Source of the DNA: Ascoidea asiatica JCM 7603
Lineage: Eukaryota; Fungi; Ascomycota
Direction of reading: 5' to 3'
DNA length: 64,000 nt
Assembly: GCA_001600695.1 (NCBI GenBank)
Contig: BCKQ01000002.1
Location: 889,184 to 953,183, forward strand
Within the stretch, counting starts at the first letter, position 1. Each line of letters starts with the position of its first letter. Of this stretch, positions 1-12,330 are shown in pieces. The notes beneath the pieces are model-generated. The model made no database searches. It was given only the letters and a program-made list of their open reading frames with translations, and was not told the origin of the DNA. The translations under genes and the position numbers were made by a program.

Positions 1-13
1 TTGGAGGAGTCAT
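1..13 (-). CDS. Possible first codons (MTPP...) of a gene running off the left edge
   Basis: ATG at 13-11 in an A-rich context (AATAATG), downstream of a GC-rich promoter-like island at ~380-620. Only 4 codons are visible. Confidence 0.3.
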
Positions 14-679
14 TATTAATATACTTTTATATGAAATTGGTATGAATCTTTAAAGATAGTTAAGTAAGTGGATTGAATTCGAAAGCAAAAAAGGATAGGG
101 AATATAATATAGTTGATTCAAACAAGCTTCAAATGATGATGGCTCTGATGCTTCTGGTGTTACTTCTGGTGTTACTTCTGATGGTGGTTCTAATGATGGT
201 TGTGTTGGCGGTTGTGGTTCTGATTCTGGGGATTCTGAATGTGGTTGTTATAAAAGAATCTGAGACTGAAGAAATTGAATCTAAAGTGTGAAGCGATCCG
301 AATTTGAATTGAACGCTGCTGGATTTGAGACTGAGCGTGAAACAGAACCAAAACAAATGAAAACAAAACAAAGAAGGAGCAGACGGCGCACGTGAAAGTA
401 ATCAAATGACCGTGACAATAAAAAAGATATTGCACGCAGTACTGCGCAAACACCGCTTCTGTTGCAGTATGCACACGGTGTAGAATTGAACACGAATATA
501 CTTTTGAATACATCTTTATCCTCGGCTGATTGGAGAGGGTTTGATTCGATTGATTTAGCCCCATTGGACCCGTACAAATGGCTACAGGGTTCACTGCGGC
601 GTGTTTGGTCCTGACTGGTGGACAACGTTATTGGGCCATCTCTTGTTTTGGTGAGTATTTAACAAGGTCTGTATACAAT

Positions 680-714
680 TCTTTCTTCTTCTTCTTCTTC
701 TTCTTCTTCTTCTT
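680..714. repeat. (TTC)n microsatellite
   Basis: About 10 tandem TTC units in the leader of the DUF2235 gene. Confidence 0.9.
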
Positions 715-866
715 CCTTGTTTTTCATTCTGTCTTTGTTGATCCTTTTAATCCTTCTGCTTTTGTTGTTTTTGTTGTTTCTGCTGCTTTTGGTGATCAGC
801 GTTTAATTATCCCGCCTTTTCTAATTCTGATTTGTATTTTGTCTTGTTTTCTTCTGGTTTAAAATT

Positions 867-2824
867 ATGTCCTTACAGAATTCAAATAATTTGAATAGAA
901 ATAAAATCAATGATAATAATCGAATTTCAAATCCAAGTATTAAAAAAGGTAGAAATATTGTAATTTGTTTGGATGGAACTGATAATAAATTTGGTCCTGC
1001 TCCTTTCACAAATGTTCTTAAATTATTTAGATTATTAGAAAAAGATGAAGAAAATCAATTATGTTATTATAGACGTATTTATCACCTTTTTTTTTTTTTC
1101 ATTTTAACTTATGTCTTTATTCAATTGAATAAAATAACATGTTTATTAACTAATTAATTAATTCAATTCAATTTAATTCATAAAATTAAGCTGGTATTGG
1201 AGTTTCATTAAGCGCTGAATCAAATTCTCGTATAAATTTAAATAAATTTCATTCAATTTATTCAAAATTAGATTCAATGTTTGCATTTACTTTAGATTAT
1301 CAAATTAAAGAAATTTATAAATTTTTAATATCTTCATATGAAAAAAATGATAAAATTTTCATTTTTGGTTTTTCAAGAGGTGCATTCACAGCAAGAGTTT
1401 TATCTGGAATGATTGAAAGAATTGGTTTATTAAATAAAGGTTCTGAACATTTAATAGATTTAGCTTATAATTCATATATATCTTGGGAATATTATGGTCA
1501 ACAAAAAAAACCAGATTTAACTTTAATTTTAATTAATGAATTTAAAAAAACTTTTTCAAGATTAAATGTTAAAATTCATTTCTTAGGTTTATGGGATTCA
1601 ATAAATTCTGTTGGAATTCTTAGAGATAGATTATTTCCATATGATTTAAGATCAAATATTATTAAACATATTAGACATGCTGTAAGTATTGATGAAAAAA
1701 GAGGTAAATTTAAACAAAATACTTTTCAAGATCAAAATCAAATTATTCCAAATATTCCTGATGATAATGATAATGATAATGATAATGATAGTCAAAATAA
1801 TTGTATTTCAAATTCTTCTGATAGTTCAAATAATTGGCATAATACTTTCCTTCAAAATGAAAATGAAAATGAAAATGAAGATAATAATGACTCAATTATT
1901 CCATTAGTACAAAATCATTTAAATTCAATTCATTCATTAAATTCAAATTCAAATTCAAATTCAACTTCAAATTTTAATAATAATGATTTTAATAATAGTG
2001 ATTATAATAATACTTTAGAATCTTTATTTTTATTAAAAAAACAAAAATTACCAAGATTAGAATTTGAATGTTCTTCTGATATTATTGAAAAATGGTTTCC
2101 TGGTACTCATGCTGATATTGGTGGAGGTTGGCCTCCTGATAAAGAAGGTCAATATTTATCAAATATTTCTTTAAGATGGATAATTTCTGAATCTATAAAA
2201 TTTGGTATAATTTTTAAAAAAAATTCAATTCATAAATTTTCTTTAAAATTTCCAACTTTTAATAGTTTAATTTCTTGTAATCATAATTCTCTTTGTTTAC
2301 ATAGAAAATCAAAATTAAATCATTATAAATCTTTAAATCCAGATCCAAATTTATATCCAAATTTATTATCTTCTTCAAATATTAATATAAATACTAATAT
2401 ATTATCATCAAATAATGATCAAAATGAAAGATTAAATGAAATTTTAAAAAATCCTATAAATAGAAATGATTGTAGAGGTGATTCTTCTTTAACTTTAGCT
2501 ATATTTTGGAATTTAATTGAAATTATACCTTTAGGTATAAAAATTAAAGATAGAAATCAAAGATGGAGAAATGTTTATTTACCAAATTTACGTAAATCAA
2601 GACATTTACCAAAAAATACTCAATTTCATTGGAGTTTATATTGGAGATTAAAACTTATTAAAGATTATAATCCAAAAAATTTACCAATTAAAAATTTAAA
2701 AGATTTAGTTAATAATAATTCAAAAAATTCAAATATTAAAGAATTAGAAATCTTTAAAAAACAAAATTGGCAATTAATTCCTGATGATTTACAAGATTTA
2801 TTAAATTTAAATCCAAATCTCTAA
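867..2824 (+). CDS. DUF2235 / Tle1-like alpha/beta hydrolase (YEL023C-like); two exons, 867-1074 and 1191-2824, 613 aa
   Basis: Motifs VICLDGT, TNVLKLF, GFSRGAFTAR (nucleophile elbow), LGLWDSINSVG, RHAVSIDE and WFPGTHADIGGG. Removing intron 1075-1190 joins the two track ORFs in frame and restores YYRPGIG. Confidence 0.88.
1075..1190 (+). other. Spliceosomal intron, 116 nt
   Basis: 5' GTATTT, branch-like TATTAAC at 1144-1150, 3' AAG. Splicing restores the frame and the conserved PGIG. Confidence 0.85.
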
Positions 2825-3205
2825 TAATTTTCAACAATGATCATTTATTCTTTTCTTACTTTGCTATTCAATCCTTCTTATTTTTAATTATTCATTTATC
2901 TTAATTACTTTTTTTAATAAAAAGTTTTTTTTAAAAAGTTTATAGAAATTTTAATAAAAAATATTCAAAATTTAAAGTTTTAACTTCATTATCGCAGCGG
3001 ATCACTCTTATCCGTATACGGTATTTATTTCGAACCGGATAACGGTATAAATATTCAAAAATACAAATAAATTTAATACTGAGCTTATTTTTTAATAAGT
3101 TAAAAGATAAAGAATTTTTCAATTTATCTTTAATCGAGAATAAATTTAAGTAATTCATAATATTGATTCAATTGACTTAATCTAATTCAAATTAATGATT
3201 CAATA

Positions 3206-3654
3206 ATGTCCTCAAATGATGTTCCAAAAGGTTCTTGTAATGTCAGAGGAAAATCTGGTGTTTTATATATTTTTGAACAAGAAGATCCTCCAATGTTAAG
3301 ATGGCATCCAATAGAACAAAAAGAAGCTCAATCTATTGAAATTCCTTTGAGATCCATTAAAGGTTTACAAGCAACTCCATTAACTAGTGAGAAAAAAAAG
3401 ATAAAAATCATGTATAATTTAATTAATAATAATCCTGAAGAAACTGAAGAAATAAATGAAAAAAAAATTTTACTTGATTTTAAAAATAGAGTAATTATGG
3501 ATAATATTAAAGATAAATTACAAATTATTATTCAAAGATATAAAAATGCAGTTAATGCTGAAAAATTACAACAAGAGAAAGAAGCTAATTTAAAAAACAA
3601 TGCTTCAATTACTCAAAATAAGCAGTTAAATAACTCAGATAATACTAATAACAG

Positions 3655-3685
<31 letters not shown>

Positions 3686-5428
3686 AACAATAATAATAGT
3701 AGTAATGTTAATAACAATAATAATCATTCAAATCTTAATAAAAATCACTCAAATAATGCAGTTAAGAATTCTTTAGATGATCTTTTAGATTATAAGAAAT
3801 TATTGAAAAATTATTTATTACAACAAAAATTATTATCTGAAGATTCAATATTAAAACAAAACTTTGAAGAAACTGTAATAAAAGGTGGCCTTGCACAAAA
3901 TGATTTTTGGAAAACAAGAGTTCATTTATTAAGAACATATGCTTTAAAAAATGCTCAAAAAAGAGGTCCATATAATGTTTTAAGTACAATTAAAGCAGTT
4001 ACAGAAAATGATAATATTTCAAAATTATGGTTAACAAGAGAAAAAATTCAATTATTATTTGAACAATATCCAATAATTAGAAGAGCTTATGATGAAAATG
4101 TTCCAAAAATGTTAGAAAATGAATTTTGGGAAAGATTTTTTAGTTCATTATTATCTAGAAAATTAAGAGGTGAAAAAATTAAACCTAATGATACAGGTGA
4201 TATTATTTTAGATAAATATCTAAAATATACAAATTTTGATATAAAAATTGAAAAAAATAATAATTTAAATAATTTCAATAATGAAATTTCAAATGATGAA
4301 ATTGATGAACATTTTTCTCAAGTTAATAGATTAATTGATCTTGGTGCAAATTCTGAAGATTTTTCACAAAAATTAGGTAATAGACCTGATTTTACAATGT
4401 ATACAAAAGAAGATGCAGATATTGTACCAATATTAAAAGGAATGAATAAATTAAGTAGAAGAATGCTTGAAAGTTGTGATGGTGATTATTCAAAAGATTC
4501 TTTAAAGAATAAAAATGGAAATAATGAAAATAATAATAATATTTTTAAAAAAAGGCAAAAATTAAATAGTAGAATGGATGTAATTGAAGAAATTGAAATG
4601 GAAACTAAAGAATTAGAATTACCTGATTTAGAAGAAAATCAAGAAACTGAATTTATTGAATTAAATATAGAAAAATTTAAAAAAAAAAAAATATTATATG
4701 AAAGTAGTAGATCAATCAATGCAGATAATGATATTGAGATGATAGAGTCAAATATAAGCAATGAAGAAAAACTAAAGAATTTAGAAGATTTAAGAGAATT
4801 ATTTAATAATTCACTTGATCTTAAAACTGTTTATTCTAATAAAGCAATTATTAAAAAAGTTTCTGCGGATATTAATCAAAAAGCGAAAATTAATTCAAAA
4901 CAATCAAAACAATCATGGCAAATTCATTTAAAAACTGCAACATTATCTCAAAAATTATCAGATAATTCAATAAATATAGGGTCATCAGGTAATGGAATTA
5001 TTTCAAATATAATAAATGATCAATATGAAGATAAAATTTTAGATAAAGGAACTTTAGAATCAATTAGATTAACTCATATTACTTCAGTTGAATTTTTAAG
5101 ACATTTTTGGATGCATTTTCAAAGTGGTGATCCAACAAAATCTAAAACTGTTAATAAATTATATATTAGTTTAAGAAGATCACAAGAGAGATTAAATTCA
5201 ACTATAGAATCAATTACAGAAGAAAATAAAAGACATAGAGCAGAAACTTATTTAGGTCAATTGAAATTATCTTTAGAAGCTGGAATTAAAGCTTTTAATA
5301 AAGCTGCTCTTGAAAGTACTGCAAATAACAATAATAACAATACTAATAACAATACTACCATTTCACTTGGAAACCTCTCTTCAGCAACTTCTGCAGCTTC
5401 GACAAGACCTTCAACTCCAGCTCTATGA
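3206..5428 (+). CDS. TFB1: TFIIH core subunit p62 (PH + BSD domains)
   Basis: N-terminal PH-like segment (LQATP), BSD motifs FWKTRVHLLR and QKRGPYNVLSTIK, FEQYPIIRRAYDENVP..EFWERFF, and C-terminal EFLRHFWMHFQSGDP. Confidence 0.93.
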
Positions 5429-5843
5429 ACCGAGTCTTTTCTACTCTAGCTCTTTTAAATCTTGCTCCATCACTTAAAATTGGATTGCCAGACTGCTTTT
5501 GAATTGAAATATGTTCCTCAAAGTCATAAAAATAAGGACTTGCTCAGAGAATAAAGATTGAATCAAATTCAAAATCTAAAATCGAAATCTAAAATTTAAA
5601 ATTCAAATTATTCTCTGTTTGTGTTATTGTGCGTGTCAAAGTACGTGTCAATATCTTCACGCACTATTTTCATTGGTGAAGTGCCGTGCAGTGAAAATCA
5701 AATTGTTTTATGGTTTGGCATGGAGCTCAAGGAATTTCGATTTAGTTTTCATTAATCAGATATATTTATAATGAAATGATTGTAATGGAAGCAGTTTATA
5801 TAGAAGTTAAAACTAGTTAATATATGAACATAATGTATTTAGA

Positions 5844-6689
5844 ATGAATAGTGGTAGTGTAAATATCTTCGTCAAAGCAACAGCAGGTCAGCCTGATCTA
5901 GCTTTTTCTTATGATTCAAAAAATACAACAAATGACTTAAATAATGTAATTTACTCTAAATTACCTGACTCTTTCAAAAATAATACTTATATATCATTTA
6001 TAAATGGTCAAAATATACAAAAGTATCCTACTGTACTAGAATCGGGATTGTTTTTTGAAAATTTCGAATCTTCTTTTGTAAATTTACAAATAAGGCCAAT
6101 TTTAAGAGGAGGTAAAGGTGGTTTTGGATCAAATTTAAGAGCTTCTGGGAAATCAAGTAAAAACAACAAGGATAGTTTAAATACAGATAATTTTAGAACT
6201 TTGAATGGTAAAAGGGTTAAAGTTTTAAAAAATTATAAGTTATTATCTTCTCAAATTGCAAATTTACCTTTATTAAAACAACAAGTCTTGGAAGCAAAAA
6301 AAAAAAAGTTACAAAATATAATCAATAAAAGCAATCAAGTAGGATCTAATAAAAACTATGAAATTGATAAATCTTATATTCAACAAACTGAAAAAGCCTT
6401 GAAAGATCTTTCGGAAGCCATGAGGCTGGATTTAAACGATGACTTCGATTTTGATGACGATAGTGATAGTTTATCAGATTTGTTAAGTGACTCAGATGAA
6501 GACAGTGAGAATGACAATGATAACGAGACCAAATCTCAGGAGTTTGAAACTTCAAGAAAAGAAAAAAAAACAGATGAAAAAGTTACTAATTTCAATGAGG
6601 TTAACTCAGTTCCTAAATTTCTTAAATTTTTTGATAAGGGAAAGAAAAAAGAAGAAAAATTAAGTGATAGCATTAAATCAAATCTTTGA
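5844..6689 (+). CDS. SDE2: Sde2 ubiquitin-fold splicing factor precursor
   Basis: Ubiquitin-like N-terminus ending in LRGG^KGGFGSNLR (6102-6140), followed by FRTLNGKRV, matching the Sde2 RDLxGRRL block. Confidence 0.85.
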   Translation: MNSGSVNIFVKATAGQPDLAFSYDSKNTTNDLNNVIYSKLPDSFKNNTYISFINGQNIQKYPTVLESGLFFENFESSFVNLQIRPILRGGKGGFGSNLRASGKSSKNNKDSLNTDNFRTLNGKRVKVLKNYKLLSSQIANLPLLKQQVLEAKKKKLQNIINKSNQVGSNKNYEIDKSYIQQTEKALKDLSEAMRLDLNDDFDFDDDSDSLSDLLSDSDEDSENDNDNETKSQEFETSRKEKKTDEKVTNFNEVNSVPKFLKFFDKGKKKEEKLSDSIKSNL

Positions 6690-7132
6690 TTCCTATCCTT
6701 TAATTTTTGAGATTGGAATACTTTTTCACTATTATCAGAGAAAGAACTTTTGAGTGTCAAATCTCAGAAAAATGCTGTAAGGATTTCAAGAAGCTTTTCA
6801 AATGAGATTTATCTAACAGCAGTAGAGGTTATATGCATTCACAAAGAAAAAAAAATAGTTTTTTTAGCTTAAAAGAGCTATAATGAATATTTTTGTCGGA
6901 TTTTGATTAAGTCTATTATTTTCTAGAAAATAAACGAGCAAGAAAAGTCGGTACTTTAATAATACATACACAACATTTGACACCGATGGATGAGTATTAT
7001 ATTTTTCCAAAAATAACCTTTATTTACAAATGACTAAAATTAGTATATAATCCTTAAAATCAAATTATATAAAAATATGTATTCTAAATATATATCATAA
7101 ATATAAGCCCATTTAACCACAACATTATCCCT

Positions 7133-9844
7133 TTAATACTGAAAGTTCATACCAATAGTATTTAATGGATCTTGATCTGATTTATCCTCAAAAGATAAAA
7201 AAATTTCTTCCACATTCCCCTTTATTGCCCAATTCAAGTTTCTTGACATTCCTGAATTTCTAAAATCAATTTCCTCAAGATTATTTTCTTTTATACTTTC
7301 ACTAGAAACTAAAAATTTTTTAACTAATGTAGCATTTAACCAATTTAATGATTTAAGTTCAATTTTCTTTAAATTTCTCAAATTTTTTAAGTGCTTTAAA
7401 ATCTCAGAATATTCAATTTTCCTTAATTGATTCAAATCCCAATTATTATTCTTTTTAACATCTGATAAATGTAATAATAAATCTTCTTGATTCTCTATTT
7501 TACATTCATTTGGTTTATGTTTGCTTACCAAAACAAAAGTAGGTTCAGCTGTTATTGTTCTGGGTTGATCCTCTTTTTCAACAATATTTTCCTTAATATG
7601 ATTATCTTGATCTTCTTCGTTTTCAACTTCTTTTAATTCATTATTGAATGTATTATTGAAAAAAACTTTTTTTTGTATTTTTGTATTACTATTAGAAATA
7701 TTTAACTCTTTTTGTTTTTGAAAGCTATTACTTAATTTGGAGTAAGAATAAATATCCAAATTCTGGTTATCTTCACTTTTTTTAGTAAATGGTTTTGAAA
7801 AAGATGAATTGTATGGAGTATTTTTCCTTGGAGTATAAGATTTATTCATAGAAGATTCAAAGAATTCATCTTTGTAAAAGTCAAGTTTATTTGAGTTCAT
7901 TGATGGATCATTATCCATGAAAAAGTTTATTTGTTTATTTGTTTCATATTTTGGAATTGAATTCAAAAAATTAGAAACTGAATTTTCATTTGAGTATCCT
8001 TTAACATTATTTAAGTTAAATCCAGTATTAAGATTATTAATTAGAGCAGAAGTAATACTTGGAAAATCTTTTGCTAATTTAGATAATTCATCTTGAATTG
8101 TTCTAAAAGTATAATATTCAGAATTATTATTTCCTATTTTATCATTTTCTAAAAATGAACTATATGGACTTGGTGATGGAATTGATCTTTTATAAATACT
8201 TGTTTGTTTAGAATAAACAGAAGTTCCATATGCGGAAACAATTTCTTTAATTATATTCTGATAGGGATTGGTAATAACAATATTTGGAGTTTTAAGTGAT
8301 GTATTAATTGAAGAATATAATGCATTAGTATTGTCAATATTATTAATGTTATTATTATCTGATAATTTAGGAGATAAAATTAAATTTTCATTTATATTGG
8401 TATTACTTACATTATTACTTAATCTGTTAAATTCTGCAAAACTTTTTGAACGATTTCTTGAATTTGTTGAATGATTTTCTGTTGAAATACTTTGAAATCT
8501 ACTGTTAAATTCATTACTTTTTCTTCTATTATTATAAATAGGGGTATTACTATTTATAATACGATTTGAAGTAATTGGAAAAGTTTTCAAAGATAAATTA
8601 GAAGTTGAATAATTTTTTTTAATTAAATTATTATTTAAATTATTATTTAAATTATTGATATTATTATTATTATTAAAATTATTATTAGGAGGTAATAAAT
8701 TATAATTTTTATTTAAATTTGTATTTAAAACAATATTATAATCATCAAAAGAATTATAAATAATTTCATAATCTTGAGATAAAACAACATTATTTAAATT
8801 TAAATTTTCAATATTTGAACAAATTTTTAATAAATGAATTAAAAATCCAACTGGAATTTCTTTTGTTGAATATCTTGATAATAATTTATTTCTTAATGGA
8901 TGAGGTTCTACAAATGGTAAATATTTTAAAGAATTATTTTTTGAATTTAATAATTTTAATTTATTTAAATTTTTATTATTTTTATTATTTTTATTATAAT
9001 TATAATTATAATTATTATAATTATGAATTGAAGAATTTTCAAAAATAAAAATTTTTTTAAATTTTTGTTTAATTGTAGATTTAATTTTTTTTAAAGATTT
9101 TGATTTTAAATTTTCATAATTATTTATTTGAAAATTATAATTATCATAATCATTATTAATTGAAGATAATCTTGAATTTCTTGAATTTGTTGTAATTAAA
9201 GATAAATTTGAATAAGTTGCAGAATGATTTGAGATTGAATAATTAAAAGATAATCTTGAATTTCTTGAAGTTATTTTTGTAATTGAAGAAGATTTTGAAT
9301 TAATTAAAGAATGATTTGAATTATTTAAATTATTGAAATTTTTATTTAAATTTGTTGGAATTAATAAACTATATAAAGGATCACCTCTTGATTTCCAATC
9401 TCTCCAACCTGCGAGAATATAATTTTCAGAAATATCATCATAAGAATATGAATAATTATCTTGTGGTAATAATGATATATAATTTTGATTATTAAAATTA
9501 TTGTCATTGTTGTTGTTGTTGTTGATGTTATTGTTATTGTTATTGTTATTGTTGTTGTTGTTATTATTATTATGAGATCTATTTAAAATATGATTAATAT
9601 TAACATTGATTATATTATTATTATTAATAATATCATTATTAATAATATTAAAATTAGTTTGATTATTTATGAAATTTATATTATTAAATTGAATATTATT
9701 ATAATTATTATAAAAAATTTGATTAAAATTAAATTTATTAAAATCACCATTAAAATTTAAATTATTTGAATTTATTAAAAATTCAATTAAATTTTTTTCT
9801 TTTTCAGATAAAATAATATAATCATTTTTATTATTATTGGAGAA

Positions 9845-9892
<48 letters not shown>

Positions 9893-10752
9893 TTCAATAA
9901 ATGGAATATAATATAAATTATCTAAATATTGTAAATCTAAATTTTTAATAAATTTAGCTAAGAAATTATTTTTTCTAATTGTAGTTATGAATTGAGCAAA
10001 TCTATAAGTTGATTTAAATTTTAAATTTTGATATAATAAAGGTAAAGTAATTTTGTAAAATTTTTTATTAATATATAATAAATTTAATAAATTTTTATTT
10101 GGTAAAGTATTATAATTATAATTAAAAGAATTTTTATAATTTGATAAGATTTTATTAATATAATTTTTATCAGATTTATTTATATTAATTATTTGATTAT
10201 TTATGATTAAATTACTGTTATTATTATTATTTGTGATACTATTAAATTTACTTAAAGGTGGAGTTAAAAAAGCAACAGTATTTTTAATTTTTTTTGAATT
10301 TTTATTTTTAAAAGATATTGGATATTTTGAATATGAAATTCCAGTTGAAATGAATAAAAGAATTTTATATAATATATTTTCAGGTAAATTATTTAATGAT
10401 AAAATGTAATCATTTGAATTATGAACAGAGATAGAGATTGAATTTGAGATTGAATTTTTAAGAGCAGATTTTCTTTGAACTTTATCTTTATGATCTTTGT
10501 GATCTTTATGATCTTTATGATCTTTATGATCTTTATGATCTTTCTTTTCTTTATTGTCAGTATGATAATCGATTAAGTTATCGATGATGAGATCATTTTG
10601 ATTATCATTTTGATTGTTATTATTATTATCGATAGTATTATTTGAAGTTGGATTTATGATTTCATTTGAAGATATGAAAGATAAACATCTTTTTGATAAA
10701 GATCTATTACCACTTGATTTATTATTTGATTTAGAATTTGATTTATTATTTG

Positions 10753-10795
<43 letters not shown>

Positions 10796-10948
10796 GGAAT
10801 CATTATTTATATTAATATTTTCTAAAATTGAGGTTGAATATTTTTTACCATAATTATTATTTGCAATACTAATTTTTTTAAAATTTGATCCATTATAAAG
10901 TGAATTTGAATTTGAATTTGAAAATGAGAAAGAAATAACTGAATTCAT
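7133..10948 (-). CDS. COS111: F-box protein Cos111 homologue, Asn-expanded
   Basis: F-box-like LNNLPENILYKIL, plus STYRFAQFITT, AGWRDWKSRGDPLYS, HPLRNKLLSRY..IPVGFLIHLL and DFRNSGM..WA. Confidence 0.8.
10484..10541 (-). repeat. Coding 9-bp tandem repeat encoding (KDH)6
   Basis: ATGATCTTT-type units within COS111. Confidence 0.85.
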
Positions 10949-12330
10949 TTTTTAATTTGTTAATATTTTGTTAATATAGTATATTAAAATGTATCAGCGG
11001 TTAATTTTAAAGGGTTCAAAATATTTAATAATTTAAGTGGATGTTTTATAATTAATATATTTAATGTATTTGATATATTATAATATATATTATTTTAATA
11101 ATAATATAATTGATATATTTGTTGTTTGGTATTTGATAAGTGATATGATAATATAGGAATATTTAAGATAAGATAATAAACATTTGAAAATGACAGAGAT
11201 GTAATTGAAGGTAATCGAGATATATCAATTATCTATCAATAATCTATCAGTTATATCTTTCAATTAAATATATTATTAAATATATTATTAAATATATTAT
11301 TTAATATATTATTTAATAATTTATTTAACAGATATGAAGAATAGATAGAAGATAATTGATGATAGATGATGATAGATGATGATAGATGATAGATAATTGA
11401 TATGGATTGATATTGGATGATTTATGAATATTCTTTAAAGCAAGGCAACAAAGCAAATAAGTCAGATCAAAATCAAAGCATTAAAACCTGAAATTATCAA
11501 TCTCAGGGCAAAAAAGAGAAAGCCCACAAGATATAAAAATAAAGATTTCCAGCAAATCAACAAATCACCAAACCACCGGAAATTGAGCCGAGTAAAAGTA
11601 TCAACTTTGTTAGCCTTGTTAGTCTTGTTAGCCTTGTTAACCTCCCATCGGTATCACCGCACTGGCAGTCTTCCGATAGGACTCTTTCTCCGCCGACAAC
11701 AACGCTCGCTCCACAAAAAACACACGAGAAGAGACCGCAGAAGAGACCACAAGTACGGCTCTTCTTTCGGGGATAAAGTACAACACCAGATATGTGGATC
11801 TCTTCACTGTCTCTCAAAGTGGCTTGAACAAAGCAGCTGTCACTTCTGAATTGGTGTGAATAATTCCCATTTAGTGTTTAATTAAGGCTTTTTCTATCTA
11901 AATTTATTTTTATTTTTATTTATGGGCTGGCATCTTCTTCTTATCTTATCATCTTCTTCATATCCACCACTTTTATCTTCCTCGTCTTCTTCACCACTTT
12001 TATCTTCCTCGTCTTCTTCACCGGCGTCTAATCCACCATCCTCGCTCATTCAATTGCTCATTAATCCTTCATTTATTCGCTTTTCTGCTTTTGTGATAGA
12101 AATTATCTCACTTCATCCATGTATCTCTTATCTTCTTTAATCTAATCATAATATATTATTAATATATTCTTAATATATCACTGGCACATTTCAATTTATG
12201 TTATTCATTCTTATCATCTTCTTCATATTTCATATTTCTCATTTCATATAATAATAATCATTTCATTCATTTCTCATATCTCATATCTCATATCTCATAT
12301 CTATCATTTCTCTTTATTTCATATCTTAAA

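Noticed and set aside
73-862. Overlapping short ORFs in the first 900 nt
   Set aside because: They are products of repeats and a GC-rich promoter, mostly with non-ATG starts. The PEVT-like minus-strand frame at ~117-245 has no ATG.
6690-6870. In-frame open stretch beyond two TGA codons after SDE2
   Set aside because: Double readthrough or selenocysteine is implausible in this yeast group, and the peptide is unrecognisable.
11557-12140. ORFs in the COS111/HUL4 divergent promoter
   Set aside because: Built from 9-mer and 27-mer repeats in a GC island, with no protein-like content.
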